From positions 56,854,001-56,918,000 of the forward strand of contig NC_043010.1 of NCBI RefSeq assembly GCF_006345805.1: a stretch of DNA of 64,000 nt, read 5' to 3'. This document shows, one piece after another, positions 50,330-64,000 of the stretch (positions are counted from its first letter, which is position 1; each line of letters opens with the position of its first letter). The DNA is from Octopus sinensis. Its lineage: Eukaryota. The notes under the pieces were generated by a model. It worked only from the letters and a program-made list of their open reading frames with translations, was not told the DNA's origin and did not search any database. A program made the position numbers and the translations under genes.

Positions 50330-50720
50330 CCTTCATCATTTCTTTTGTGAGTTTCAGTAACTTGAGAAGAGTTTTCACCAATTCACCCCACGTCTTGCTG
50401 GGTCTTCCTCTTCCGTTCTATTTTAAATGCTTAGCACTGCTTTATGCAGACACCATTGTACATAGACATTACATGCCAAACCACTGAAAACTTCTTTTTC
50501 ACAAAACTATATCTGATTCTTCTTGTTCACAAATTTCCTTTCAGATCCTTTGCATGCTATACCATTCATGCGCATGACACATTCAGTGGAGCATGTTCAC
50601 CTCATTTCTTTGTGAACTTTGCATGTCCTCTACATTCAGAGCCCAGCCTCATCATCAAGTAGCATGATACTCTACCCACAACAATTTGCTCTTCATGTAG
50701 GAGAGACCTTCTGTTGCCAG
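50330..50720 (-). mobile_element. Decayed RTE 3' fragment
   Basis: Minus-strand remnants FSVVWHVMSM...CIKQC...GRGRPSKT. Confidence 0.55.
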
Positions 50721-51254
50721 CAGAGACAGTAATCTTTCTTCAGTATGGCCCCACCACAGCGAATTACTTTATCTGGGTGGCACAGATTACTTCTGTAGAA
50801 CATTCTGAGCTGTTTGGAGAATCTACTTTCCAGGTGCACTCCATTCTTACTGCACTTGTATGACTGGATCACACAAAGACTCTCTTTGCAGTCATACATG
50901 TGTGTGTGTAAAACATACAGATGCACATGCATGCATATGCATCTGTGCACATACGCAGTATTTATGCGTGTATATGTTTCCATGTATGCATATCATCAAT
51001 AATTTATACATCCATTTTTTTCTCTCTGGTTATGGGTTGGATGAGACTTATTGAATTGTTATTCTATGGCCTGATACCCTTCCTATTGCTAACCTGTACC
51101 TGTTTGTCAACTAATGTTTTCTATTCCTATGACCTTCACACATTACAGGATGTTGTTTAGAGGACAGCTAAATATATCACCTGCTGTTGCCCACATGAAA
51201 ACGTGTGTGCATACAGAGAGAGAGAGAGAGAGAGAGAGCATGAACAAGTTTCCA

Positions 51255-51385
51255 TACAGTTTCCACTCATCAATTTTACTTGTAAAGCATTGACTTACTG
51301 GAGTCTTTTGCAGATGACACTTGGCCAAGGAGTCATGCATTGGGATAGAACCCAAAACTTTGGAGTGGCAAAACAAACTTCGATT
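51255..51385 (-). mobile_element. SINE family B head fragment (degraded)
   Basis: CAGTTTCC...GACACTTGGCCAAGG...GGGATAGAACCC is a reverse-complement match to the family B head. Confidence 0.55.
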
Positions 51386-53168
51386 CCAGACGGTCATGCC
51401 TGTGTGCGCGTCCGTCCGTCCGTGTGTGTGTGTGTGTGTGTGTGTGTTGTGTGTGTGTGCGTGTGTGTGTGTGTGTACATTCATATGTTTCTATATCTGA
51501 CTTTATGTTGAAAAACAAAAAAACAAAGACAAACAAAAACAGTGTCTGCTTTTATCCTGTTGTCTGCTGTGCAACAAGTAGAAACTGATAAAATTTGTAC
51601 CGGTTTCAATATGATTGACTAAATGCTTCAAGAGGTTGCCCCATTATGACCACAGTTGAATGATTTGAAGTGTGTGTGTGTACGTGTACAAACCTACATA
51701 CATACATGGTGATTACTCCATCTTCACAGATCCATGACCTCTCAGATAATTATTTAATCCCCATTGCAGTTGTGCATGGTTTGAAGGCATAAGCGACTGT
51801 TGAAAGTTGTAATTTAACTATGTCCTTCCAACTGATCGGGTCAGCCTCCCCCGTTGCCACTTGCAGTAGAAAGAATGACAAATGAGCTCCCATCATCAAG
51901 AGATGTCTTTATGGATCAGAGTGATAGACACTTGTACAACAGAAATGCAACTCTTTGAATCTCCATGATTATTGCCTCATGACAGGTTGAAGCAAGGTGG
52001 CCTGCAGGTTTTACACGAGTGTCCCTCTCCTACGAAGATACTGTGACAACAGCTAGGGGTCCTTCTCTCCTGGTTATTTTACTGTGTGCCCTGACACCAA
52101 CCAAGGGTATTTCTGTGTCTATGCACTCAAAGTGTCATCACATATTAATCATTATCCCATAGCTGGGACCCTAAAAGGTGCTACAACTCTAGCTCAGAGT
52201 AGATGTGTGGACAATAGTGGTTAAGAGGAAGTGCCACACCCCTCAAAACCCAGGAACTCCCCAACCAGAGCCCCACTACCAGGTCATACTCAGTATTACA
52301 TCCCTCCCTCCCTCCCTCCCTCCCCCTCTCATTTCCTCTCCTCATCCCTCCTTCCTTTTACAGTCTTCATACTCTCTATATATGCTCTATTAATATGGAA
52401 AACAGAAATTAACAGTTGGGAAATTCAAGCTAATATTCATTTACGTTTGCAGTAAAGAACAGATTTGCATGAGACCTGCTGTTAGCAGCAGAATATGAGG
52501 CTGGTAGACTGTGTGTTTCTGTGTTGCAGTAAACCCCCAAATATAACATATTGATTGTGTCTGCAGAGAAAACCTTACTCTACCACAACTGCATTGCTAG
52601 ACAAGATAGTTGCTTTGTTGTTTTTTTCTTTCCTTTTACATCTTCATTCCACTGATGGTATCTCTGCCAAGCTGTCTGAACAGAAGGGGCTATTTCTGTA
52701 GCAACAATTAAATATTGTAGCTAGCAATAGTTAATAAGGCACCAGTTTCTCTTACCAATACTTGATTGGGTATTTATTGAATTTATTCACTGATGGGGTT
52801 CGACCACCACCATCACCACCACCACAGCATCACTGGAGGGGTGACTAATTGTTTTGAACGGTTCTGCCTAAGAATTTGGATTTATAAGTTTATTAGCCAG
52901 CCAGGCAGTGTGCACCTGAGACAGTTGCTGACCCATTACCATTTTACTTATTTAAAACAATTTTAGTTAGAAAATTACTATATTAAATGTAGTTTTAAAA
53001 TTGCTTTGTCTGTTATTTAATCACTTATCTTCTTACATTCATAATTAAAAAGGAATATTAAAAACAATGTGTTTTTGATTTAGCACCAGAGAAACTCTTC
53101 TTGTAAGCAGTGCAATCAATTGGCTGTTGAATATACAAAATATTAATCTAAATCTGTCCACCTCATTA

Positions 53169-53286
<118 letters not shown>

Positions 53287-53831
53287 ATAAACCCTATTCA
53301 CTCCTTATTATTTCATAAGGTGCCTCCATATTTTTGTTTCTATTGTTGGATATAGTTGTCAAAAGAAACCCTCTACCTCATTTTGTTGGTAATCTACTTG
53401 ACTAAATGATGATTTTAATAACCTCTAGTGGTTTGGATTACCGCTTATGTTCATCGTTGGTGTCAGGGTAGTTTCAGAGTAGATCTCACTTATTTACTTT
53501 AATGGTTAGGACATGTTTTTATTGCTAGATTGTTTTATACTGGTGAAGATGGTGACATTGTATTTGATGGAAAATTAAATGTTGTTGAAATACTGTAGAG
53601 TTTGATCAGAGGACAGACAGGGTGTTTCTAAATCTCCTCTCGTCCAGACTAATCTAGTCTTACAGACTCTATTTTTACAGTTGCATGCTGGGTTATATAT
53701 TTCTGTTATCAACAAAATGGAAGATTAACTTATTTTGAATCTTATTTCAGAAGGATTCTTCTTGTCACTATTTGTAGTCTCGTGAAATGGTATTGACACT
53801 GAAGTGTGTTTGGTGGTGCTATTAGAATTAA

Positions 53832-53862
<31 letters not shown>

Positions 53863-54462
53863 TATTGTAGATAATGTTTCTTGTCAATACGTTTTAGATC
53901 AAATTAACAGAAAATGAAGGAGTTTCATCGGCCAGTATTGAATGTAGCAATACTTAAGATACCATATCTGGTTGAAGTTAGTTTGTTACGCACACATGTC
54001 TCAGTACTTCACTCAGTATACATTGGCATCTCAAATGAATAACACCAATAAATTACTTTATTAATATCATGGAAACTAAATTCATAATAATTAAGAATCC
54101 CAAATGATAAATACGTAGTTGACAGGCAAATATTTTTTAGTAAAATCTTTGCTCTGGCAGGACGGGTGGTGATGGTACAACAATGATGAAGTTTTAAACT
54201 CAATGATGGTAGTTGACAAATTAACAGGAGTTAACTAGCATTTTTGCTAATTACTGATTTATCTAGTTAACTCAAATCTGTTGAGATGATAGAATGGGCA
54301 AGAAGCTATTCAAATACTTGTGATGTGAATACTACACCTAGAGATATTGGCAGCAGACTCTTTCTTCTGGTTTAACAACAATAAAACTGTTTAGTTTGTT
54401 GTTACCTGCAGCTGAATCATCTTTCATTGGCAAATGTAAAACAACAACAACAACAATCATTT

Positions 54463-54695
54463 TTACTCTAGGCCCATGGATTGCAATTTGGTGGGAGGAG
54501 GAGGAGACTATTCCATTACATTGACCGCATTGTTCAACTGGTACAGATTCTGACCCTGAAATCCGTAATAAATAATCATCAACCCTGAAAGGACGAAAGA
54601 CAAAGTTGACCTCAGTGGAATTTGAACTTAGAATGTAAAGACAGATGAAGATGAAATGCTGCTAAGCATTTTGTCCAGCATGCCAGTTGCCACCA
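54463..54695 (-). mobile_element. SINE family A
   Basis: Reverse-complement match to family core and head. Confidence 0.8.
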
Positions 54696-54755
54696 TGATG
54701 ATGATGATGATGATGATGACAGTGGCAGTGACAGTGGCGTAGTAGTAGTAGTGTA

Positions 54756-54791
<36 letters not shown>

Positions 54792-55543
54792 GTGGTAGTG
54801 GTAGTCACTTGTTGGTTGATGATTTGAGTGACGGTGAAAAAACTTGAGGTGAAATGAAGTGGTTTTCTTTGCGATTCAGATCCTGTATGGAATGTTGACA
54901 GAAATGAAAGTTTCACATGGTACAGCAATATTGTTGTCGTTGCACTGCTCTGGTAGACATAGCCACTCTAGCCTGATGAATAAGAAATAGTTAATGTTGT
55001 TTACTTAACACTCAAAGATATTTTGCTTCTAGAACACATGCATGTGCGCACGCATACACGCACACACACACACGCACACACACACGCACACACACGCACA
55101 CACACACACACACACACTTGTAACTTCAAAACTATTTCCGTTGTAGATTTGTATAAAGAGTTTAACAAATATTTCTCCATCTTTATTAAATACTTTGTTC
55201 TACAGTAAGGAGAAAAAGTAGGTAAAATATTTCCTTCTGTTGTCTAAAACCATACAATTGTGACTCCGATAGACTGTGCCATACATTAACACTGTTGATT
55301 ATCATCAGTTTTATTGTATAACAATATTGATTACTATCATCCAGTTTAGGTTGCTGTATTAGTCTACTAGTTAGTGAATAATTAATTAGTTAATTTGTAG
55401 TTCGGTATTGCAACCTATTACAACATTGCATACATATGACAGTATTATCTAACAAAGTGTAACGGATTTGTTTCATTTATTATGTTATTTGTGTTGCTCT
55501 CATTAAATTTATAAATTTACACATATATATCTATATGTAACAT

Positions 55544-55600
<57 letters not shown>

Positions 55601-56061
55601 CAATGATTTATTGATGTTTGAATCAAATGTCATAATGTTTAAAAATCCTTAAATTTAGAAATTGATTAAATCTAAATCAGAATAAATGGATTATGTATAA
55701 TCCACGAGATTGATATCAGGTTGAGGAAGTGGTGTTCTTCAGAAATATATGCTGGGCTCCCAATGACTAATTAAGTTTGACTACCTAATTAATTATGTCA
55801 TCCGCTGATTGTTCTGGGTGTGTTTCTGTGTTAGAAATATTGTGAGGTGTGACATGTTGGAAGAGATTTGTGCAATAAAAGAGTCTGCAGGAATTAGATA
55901 CACGTCTTTAGCTCCTTTGATCAAGCCCCTTCATTGACCAACACCTTAAATACCATTGAAAAAATTCTTTGTTATATCTAATTGGCCATATTCCACCTGT
56001 AAAGGTTGTAGTTTTGTGCCTATATTAGACATCATCATCATCTTCATCATTATTATTATTT

Positions 56062-56277
56062 AAGGCGGCAAGCTGGCAGAACCGTTAGGATGCTGGGCAA
56101 AATGCTTAGCAGTATTTCATGTGTCTTTATGTTCTGAGTTCAAATTCTGCTGAAGTCGACTTTGCCTTTTATCCTTTCTGGGTCAGTAAAATAAGTACCA
56201 GTCAAACACTTGAGCCGATGAAATTGACTTACCCTCCACTCCTGAAATTGCTGGCCTTGTACTAAAAATTGAAACCA
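56062..56277 (+). mobile_element. SINE family A
   Basis: AAGGCGGCAAGCTGGCAGAA head and core. Confidence 0.9.
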
Positions 56278-56483
56278 TTATCATCATCATCATCGTTGTC
56301 ATCATCATCATTATTATTATCATTTTTCAATTCTGTTCCCATTTCTTGCCAAGTGTCTTCCTGACACCTAGGGCAAGGAAACGCACTGTATACATTGATA
56401 GGCCATTAAAATAAACACACCAGATTATTCATCTACAATGTCATATGATAGAGAAAAAGGGGAAGAAAGACAGAGAAAAAGGA

Positions 56484-56522
<39 letters not shown>

Positions 56523-58519
56523 TCCAGTAGTTGGAACATTCAAATGATAGACACTATACATAACACACACATGCAAAAATATAAATATTTGTTCTTTTCA
56601 TTTCAAAATTATAAGTTGTCTTAAAAAGAATGGATTAAGTTTAGATGTATTTCCATGCTTTCCTTTGTATGTATATTTTGGTGTTTTGGCTGTCCACTGA
56701 TTTCTTTTTTGGCTGAATGACCACTTTGAGCTCTACTTTCATCATCTCAGCCACTCTACCTGATGATCATAGTCCTTTCCCATCTTCATATCCATGACCA
56801 TTGTGACCCTATAATTGCCCACTTTAGGACCTGCTCCCTCTCCTGGATATACTTGAATCATTCCTTTCCCTCCAATACGTTTCCTATATTCAGCAATCTC
56901 TCCTATCAACATTTGGAAATCACCTTTCTTGTCTGCATTTGGAAAGCTAAGCGCATATTCGTTACTTGCAACACACTTTCCCCCAATTTGTTCATGCGCC
57001 CCAACACACACACATATTAGTATCTACAGTGCATGCAGATACAGATATATCTATATCACACATATGCTTATTTGATCTCCATTTTGCCATGCTTACACGG
57101 GTTGGACAATTCTGTTATTTGAGGTATTGTTTTATAGTCAGATGCTTTACCTGACACTAACCCTTACATGTGTGTGTGTGTGTGTAAATCACACTATAAA
57201 ATCTATCGATATCTGACCTTCATGACGTATGTGCTGTTTTTGTATCTAATGCATACAAGCAATGAAATTGTGTCGATGACCTTGTTTAGATGTGCCATTA
57301 AACTGTTATGTACTGTTAATAAATAGATGGAAAGTGAATTTAATAGTTTTTGCTGTTGTTCAACGGTTAAAGTTGGAGTTCCACTGATGTCATTGGTTCA
57401 GTTTCGTCACATGGTCTAAGATCATCAGTTCACTTGACACACAGTTCTAATCTCTCACACATATATGTAATTATATATCTATTACCTCTTATGTAACAGT
57501 TTTCACAACTTTATACTTAATAATGTAAGTGTACACTACAAGTAATATTATTTGGGACTAAGAATTATGATTGAATTCTTTGAAAAATCTTCTATTTAGT
57601 CTGCTGGAGATTGTGTGGTCAAGAAAGACAAAGTAACATACTGAATGTAACCTTCATTTAATTTTAGTGTATTAGAATTAGTTAATAATAGATGAAATTA
57701 GTAATGATGTCGTAATCTGTATTTTATAACTTATGAATGCATTAGCATTGTGTAGATTACTGCGGAAACAGGTAGAAGATAAACTGAGAGAGACAGAATT
57801 ATTATTGTTTAACTCTCATATCTGCTGATTATCATTTAGAATGTTAATGTTCGGCAGTTAATTAGAGATTATCAGATAATTTGACCGACTGAGGTGTTTA
57901 GTTAGAAATCTTTACATTTGGAGTTTGTATCTCACTGAGGTCAGTTTTGCTTTTCCTCCATTTGGGGTTGATAAAATAAGCACCAGTCAAAATTTCTGGC
58001 TTTGTGTCTATAAAAGAAACCCTCATCATCGTTGTCATCATTGGTGTCATCGTCATTTACAATAGTCAACTGCCTAATTCAGTGTTCAGTGTAGTTTCGC
58101 TTAGTGTTGCAATTTGTGATGGCATTTTGTAAACCTACCAGCCCAATCAGTTATGCAATATTTGTGAACAGTCAGTCATTAATGGGTCTGGTTATCATGT
58201 AAACAATCTCACTGCTAAATCTATGCATCTCTACATTTTGTGTTTAGACAATGATGAGTGAGGAAGCTTCTCTATACACTTTCATCTCTGCTTCTTAGAT
58301 GTAGAGTTCAACTAATCTGTTTCTTTAATCAAACCTAGCAACTGGAGCATCTTACCACATCTAACTACTCTTTCTTACTGCCTTCTCATTACTCCAGGTT
58401 GTCATTAGCTGTGAAATTAATGGTGCACTACTACTAATCACACCAGCAGTTCAAAGCCTGACTACAACCATTCCCTTATATCATAGGACAACTTATAATC
58501 TTGGTTGACAATAGGTTCT

Positions 58520-59178
58520 ACTTTAGCAATATTGCTCTGTTGAAATTCTGGCAAGACAAAAGTGATGAAGTTGGGCAAATCCATGGCCCAAGAATGAGCT
58601 CTAAGAAAGACCCTCTACCACAAGATAGAAGAAGTGAGCTAATTGCCCCATCTGGGCAGTGTTGTAAGCAGCACTGGTGATGTGAACCTGGGACAGCCTC
58701 AAACATCAGTACTGATGTGAAATTTCATCTATGTAACCATTGTTCTGTCGACTGCAGTTTATGCCAATGAGATTTCGAAGAGTACAGTAAATATGGATAG
58801 AAACTAAATGTATTCCATCAAAGATGCCCCAGAAAGACCTTGAGGGTCAAGAGGCAGGGCCATGTTACAAAGGAGGATTATTCTGAGAAGAATGAAGTTG
58901 TGACTATTACAAAAGATTGTAGCAGAGCATCAATGCTGCCTGGCTGGCCACATTCTCTGTCTAACCAATCAACAGCACTTAAAAACAGCTCTGATTTGGG
59001 TACCATCTGATGGCAGGTGTAAAAGGAGTAAGCCAAAGATCACTTTGTTGTGAACATTTCAAGTTGACCTGAAATTGGTCACCATTACATGGAGTGGATG
59101 TGTGAGAGACATAGAGGACTGAACCTGGTGGAGGAAGATTGCTACCCAATTAGCTGAGCAGTGCAAGATGACCTAAAG
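58520..59178 (+). mobile_element. RTE LINE 3' fragment
   Basis: NSGKTKVMKL...HLGSVVSSTG...VFHQRC...LAGHILCL...TALIWVPSDGRCKRSKPK...W, the RTE C-terminal motif series. Confidence 0.8.
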
Positions 59179-59231
<53 letters not shown>

Positions 59232-59232
<1 letters not shown>

Positions 59233-59530
59233 ATATTAAGGATTTGAGTGAATCAGGTACTTAAATGAAAGGCACCAGGCTGGGCCAAATTAACTTAAAT
59301 ATCATGGGTACCAAAGTACATCCAGTGAAATATTCAGGTTATATATACAGAGAATTGAACCCTTATGAGTATTTTAATAGCCTATGGGCTAATACCAAAG
59401 TATGCATTATATTGGTCATACGGTATTTGATGTACTTCAGTATGTCCAACAGGTTGGGATTTCAGTGAGGTGTATTATGAACAAATAAATAACAAAGGAT
59501 GGATAAGTGTCACTTATAAATCGTTTGTTT
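59232..59530. mobile_element. Probable Penelope-type terminal fragment between TA tracts
   Basis: Unique segment bounded by (TA)n(CA)n and (TA)n, with only a degenerate hammerhead-like trace. Inference. Confidence 0.3.
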
Positions 59531-60439
59531 TATATATATATATATATAAGCACTTAGATACTTTAGGTTTTGCCCAGAAGACATTTAATTGTGTTTCATA
59601 TGACAGTCACAGTTTGGGTCCCATAGCCCATACAGATAAAGAGTTATTGTTTGCAAAGATGTATGCCTATAGAGGTAGTTTATCTGGAATTTGTTAGAGG
59701 AATTCATTGCAGAACCATGTGAATGTTTCGAGTTTTTTTTTCTTTCCCTTCTTATTGTTGGCAGGATGTTAAAGGGAACAGGGCCAGTTGAGGTGAAATA
59801 GTTGTCTCAAGTTTTGTGATGTGAGCATGATTCTTGTAGAGAATAGATGGCATGGGGATCAAACCTTGGGTAAATTTTGAAGTCAGTGCTAAACATCATT
59901 TTAGTAATAATGATGAAATATTTTTCACATCATACAAATGTTACAGCACTCATGGTGACAGTGCAGGGAGTAGAGATTGAGCTTCTTGAGCGAAACCCAG
60001 GAACCAAAACCTGCCATGTCATCAATTTTTCTCTGATTGATCTCTGGAATGCTTCAGTTTTTATAATACATATGTAAGTGTATACATGTTTGTTCATGTT
60101 TGTGTGGGGGTGGGGATGCATGTATATACACATATTTATGTGTGTGCATGTATATATATATGTATGTGTGTGTGTGTATGCATACATGCACACACACACA
60201 CATACACAAGGTGGCAGATAGTACCTTTAAGTGCAGTTACTGCATCTGGGACTGTCGTCGCTTATGTTGATGTCTGCAATTGACACTGCTCTGCCAACAA
60301 GATCAAAGCATGACATTCCAGGTGCAGACTCATGCTTTTGGGAAGACTAATTCATCCAGTGTGTATATGTACATGTGTCTGTGTACATAAGTATATGTGT
60401 GTGTATATATATAAAACTTCTCTATCTATGTATGTGTCT

Positions 60440-60443
60440 GTTG

Positions 60444-60479
<36 letters not shown>

Positions 60480-60533
60480 TAGTGTGTGTCTTATTTTATA
60501 TATATATATATATAAAACAATAGACACACACTA

Positions 60534-60568
<35 letters not shown>

Positions 60569-60569
60569 C

Positions 60570-60654
<85 letters not shown>

Positions 60655-60715
60655 ATACACACACACACATATATATACACATATATACACTCACACACAC
60701 ATGTATTTATTAGTA
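60440..60715. repeat. (TA)n/(CA)n microsatellite block
   Basis: Seen directly in sequence. Confidence 0.9.
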
Positions 60716-61081
60716 TGTGTGCTATATGATCATTATGATGATGATTGGTAAATTGTTTTAATTTGTTCATGTTAGTGTCAGATGAGTCAGACAGGCCATT
60801 ATTAGCCCCCCCCCCATTTCTCTTTTTATGACCATTTATATTGCCCCAGCACCATAACCGACCACTTGAATCAAGGCATATCTACCTCACTTTGTTCTCA
60901 TCTATAATACATCATAACTCCCACCCCCACCCCCCACACACTGATTAAGTTTCCTGTCAGGACTAATTCCTAGGAAGTCACAGCATGGAAATAGTTATGT
61001 CATTAGGTAAAGGCATGTTCTCTTATTACTGCTACTGTTACTGCTACTAAACCAGTTTACACTGAGTGCAGCCAACTTCTT

Positions 61082-61117
<36 letters not shown>

Positions 61118-62430
61118 CTTTCCATGTGTGTGTGTGTTTTCACAACACACTCTCCACTACTGCATTATTTCATGCCAACTGCTTATTTTCATTTATTCAC
61201 CACTGCATTCAAATTATAATTTCCAAGTAGCATAGCTTCTTCTCACGCTGATTTCTAGATATTCCTGTCTTTCTATAATTTCATACCCACACCTCATTTG
61301 CCTTGTTGGTCCTTATTTGAGGAAAATGAAGTTGATATCTATGTGATTTGAACCAGCAACATAAAGATAGCATGCTCTAGACTAGGCAAACGAAACAAAT
61401 ACTTCTGAAGTCCTTCAACATACACAAGGGCAATTATTTCTAGGTTCACAATGTTTTAGGTTATTATTGCATGGGTACCACCATATTACTGTTATTTATT
61501 TTAAAAGATAATCAACGAAACTGACTAACCTTCTGACATAAATCTGATCAAATTTTAGAAAGACCTATCTGATAAATTGTTTAGTGTAGCCGTTACAACA
61601 GTGCAGTAAGTGGTGGTGGTGGTGGCGGGTGGGTAGGTAGGAATGTGGAACAGTAATCTCCCTTTCAGATACCAAGCACTATTTTAGCCATTCAATTTAT
61701 TTATTGTTACCCAGCCCTACAATACCAAATCATCAGTTATTAGAACCCAGTTTTTCCCTTCGTCCTATATTTTTTTGATTTTGTTTTATTAAATCAATTT
61801 TTTGTTTGAAGTAGTAGAAAATGGTAAGTTGGAAGAATTTCAGTTAATAATAATATCTTCTAAAGGAACTGTGTCTAACTCTTGTGTAATGTTATGAAAA
61901 ACTGAGATTTTGTCAGTAATTATTGACAAAGAAATTATAAACAGATTAGCAAGGTTGAGAGAAAATATTCTAATTTATAATTGACAAATTAGTTATATTA
62001 AAACAGACTGATTAGGGGATTGAAGATGAGAAACTATATTGAACCCATATGCTTCTTTTTATATCAGTAATTTTGTTATGGATGACTTTCCACCTTTACT
62101 GTGAGAGGATATCTTTATGTGAGGAAGCCACGTTTCCTAATATATGATTGACATCCAGTGAAAATAAGGGATGACAAACACTTCAATAGATTTATTCATA
62201 AATTTTGATCTGACTAAATGGTGATGGTAAGGTGTATTATTAATGAGGGAATCCCACCTACCCAACACTCAACAAAATAAGTTGGTGTATTGATATTTCA
62301 TTACTGAAATATTATTTCTCTTTGAGAACTTTCTGATAATAAATAGCTATAATAGAATAAAGTTTGAAATAGTTGCAGAAATAATGGCGTGAAACATTAA
62401 CTTAGTAAATCTTGTATATTTCATGGTTAG

Positions 62431-62511
62431 GATTCACCACCCACAGACAGACGAAGGGCTGGTGCCATGCCTACAGGGTGGTGAGTATGAAAAGAAGATG
62501 GATCCCAAAAA
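62431..62511 (+). other. Candidate exon with two alternative donors
   Basis: ttgtatatttcatggttag|GATTCAC...; donors GTG|GTGAGT (after 62480) and AAA|GTAAGT (after 62511). The 81-nt form is open in two frames. Confidence 0.3.
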
Positions 62512-63165
62512 GTAAGTTCACCCTGATATCCTCATCCATTGTAGCCCTCTACTACCAACCCAACTAAATCCATCTATAAATCTTCTTCTTATCATGTCTA
62601 ACACATAATTAGACCTTACTAACAACCATTAGATTTTTCCATATTCCCACCTCCAAATTGTTTTATCCTAATATTCTCAGATTTCTCTCTGGTAATTTTA
62701 TTTTGATTTTTTAAAAACTAATTTTATTATTTTTTTTCTTGATGATATTAATTATATTCTCTGTTTTCTGAGATACATCTTAGTTTTGTTATGACATAAT
62801 CTATTTTTTGTTTCATGTGGAATCAATATATTTTAGATAAACCATTGATTGGGAAGCCAGAATGTTAAGCTTATTTAATACCCAACGTTTCATAGCACAG
62901 TTTCAGATTTTTATGGCTGGAAACTGGAATTATTGAACATTGAATGATGTGGGTTGCTGTGTAGGTTAGTGTGTGCAATGTTAACACAACTTCCTGTGTA
63001 CAGGGTATTTGATTTAAGTTTTATTTAAGCTCTTCTTTGTAGAATTCAAGGTGGATGGATGCTAATGAGGTGACAAATTTAGTGTTGGAGTCAAGACAGT
63101 TCCAGGGATGTGTGTGTGTATAGGTGTCCCATATGCACACACATGATTGTATATTTTTATCCCAG

Positions 63166-63329
63166 GAAACTTATATCAAGAACCTTTGGAATATTCTACA
63201 AATTTTCTCTCATCAATTGGATTCAGAGGATATGAATCAGTTTGCTTTGTTCTTACTTGAAAAACCTCCGTACTTCCACATTTCTATTCAAATCTATTGT
63301 TACATGGCTGAGTTCACCTATGACATTAG
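63166..63329 (+). other. Candidate 164-nt exon (phase 0-2)
   Basis: gtatatttttatcccag|GAAACT...GACATTAG|gtaaaa. Open frame ETYIKNLWNILQIFSHQLDSEDMNQFALFLLEKPPYFHISIQIYCYMAEFTYDI. No homology recognised. Confidence 0.25.
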
Positions 63330-64000
63330 GTAAAAATGAGTACCTATAGCTAGGACACAAAAGCTGTAAGTTCCTCATTTATTCACCAGAGACACTCTCC
63401 TTTCCATAATTTTAGGTGAGACATTCACACCTGTTGGGCAGCTAACTTCGAAAACAGTGCCTGACTTTAGTTCTCTCTCTCTCAGAGAACAGTGTCAGGT
63501 CTGTTGTGTGTGCATTGGATAGCTATCTTTATTGGAATACATCACCAATATTCCTTCTTATTGACGGATGTGGATACATTGTGTGTGTGTATGGGGTGGG
63601 GTATACATGGGTTTGTCACTTGGGTAATACAGAAATATAGCAAAGAAAAAAAAAATGCCAGGAATACATAAAACTAACTGGTATGTAGATATGACGAGTG
63701 AGATGAGATGAGTGAAGGGGTGTGGTGAGTGAAACTGTGAGTGGGATGGATGAAATAGTGAGTAAAACATGTAAATGACCCAACAACAAAGAGGTTTGTC
63801 TAATTAATTAAATTTCTCCCCCAATGGAAGTGTTGTGAGTGACAACTGATAAATGTGAATATTCCTTCTTCATTGATTTGTTCATATTATTTATTCTTTC
63901 ATTCTCTGGTCATGCTGGAGCTCTGCCTTGAACGGTTTCAGTCAGTCATATCAACTCTAGCTTTATTGATCTCTACTTATCAAGTGGCTAAGTCACCTTT

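Noticed and set aside
54217-54262. 11-bp inverted repeat GAGTTAACTAG/CTAGTTAACTC
   Set aside because: Short and AT-rich; plausible by chance in 64 kb.
56742-57011. 89-aa minus-strand ORF
   Set aside because: GTG start and no domain. At most a very old RTE C-terminal remnant, too weak to list.
59417-59444. Minus-strand CATA-CTGAAGT...TATG hammerhead-like trace
   Set aside because: Core positions A9 and G12 are not matched and there is no stem II; too degenerate to call.

Overview
This is AT-rich, repeat-dense eukaryotic nuclear DNA. The SINE, RTE and Penelope repeat families, plus abundant (TA)n/(CA)n/(GA)n/(ATC)n microsatellites, point to an octopus (coleoid cephalopod) genome; this is inference from repeat families and the species cannot be fixed. 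I find no complete or recognisable protein-coding gene. Almost all ORFs in the track are microsatellite or retrotransposon read-throughs. The window contains: (i) decayed LINEs of the RTE, CR1/L2 and Tx1/L1 clades; (ii) a Penelope-like GIY-YIG fragment and several Penelope-type termini abutting (TA)n tracts, two with hammerhead-ribozyme motifs (5615-5649 +, 6476-6537 -); (iii) several tRNA-type SINE families in both orientations; (iv) non-autonomous DNA transposons with readable TIRs/TSDs (hAT, Tc1/mariner, pogo-like, piggyBac-like, Helentron-like, and a TGT...ACA element with 86-bp TIRs and a 5-bp TSD); (v) two stand-alone foldbacks (7707-7888, 17571-17709); (vi) a 100-N scaffold gap (34153-34252). 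A CpG-retaining domain at about 30.3-39.4 kb holds the probable 5' end of a minus-strand gene (candidate exons ending at 31889 and spanning 31609-31373, ATG at 31542) and an antisense plus-strand donor at 30421/30422. All exon calls are low-to-moderate confidence and come from splice signals only. Nothing here is demonstrably a new biological system. The best leads are the paired hammerhead motifs, the Ginger-like element and the Y-shaped foldback.
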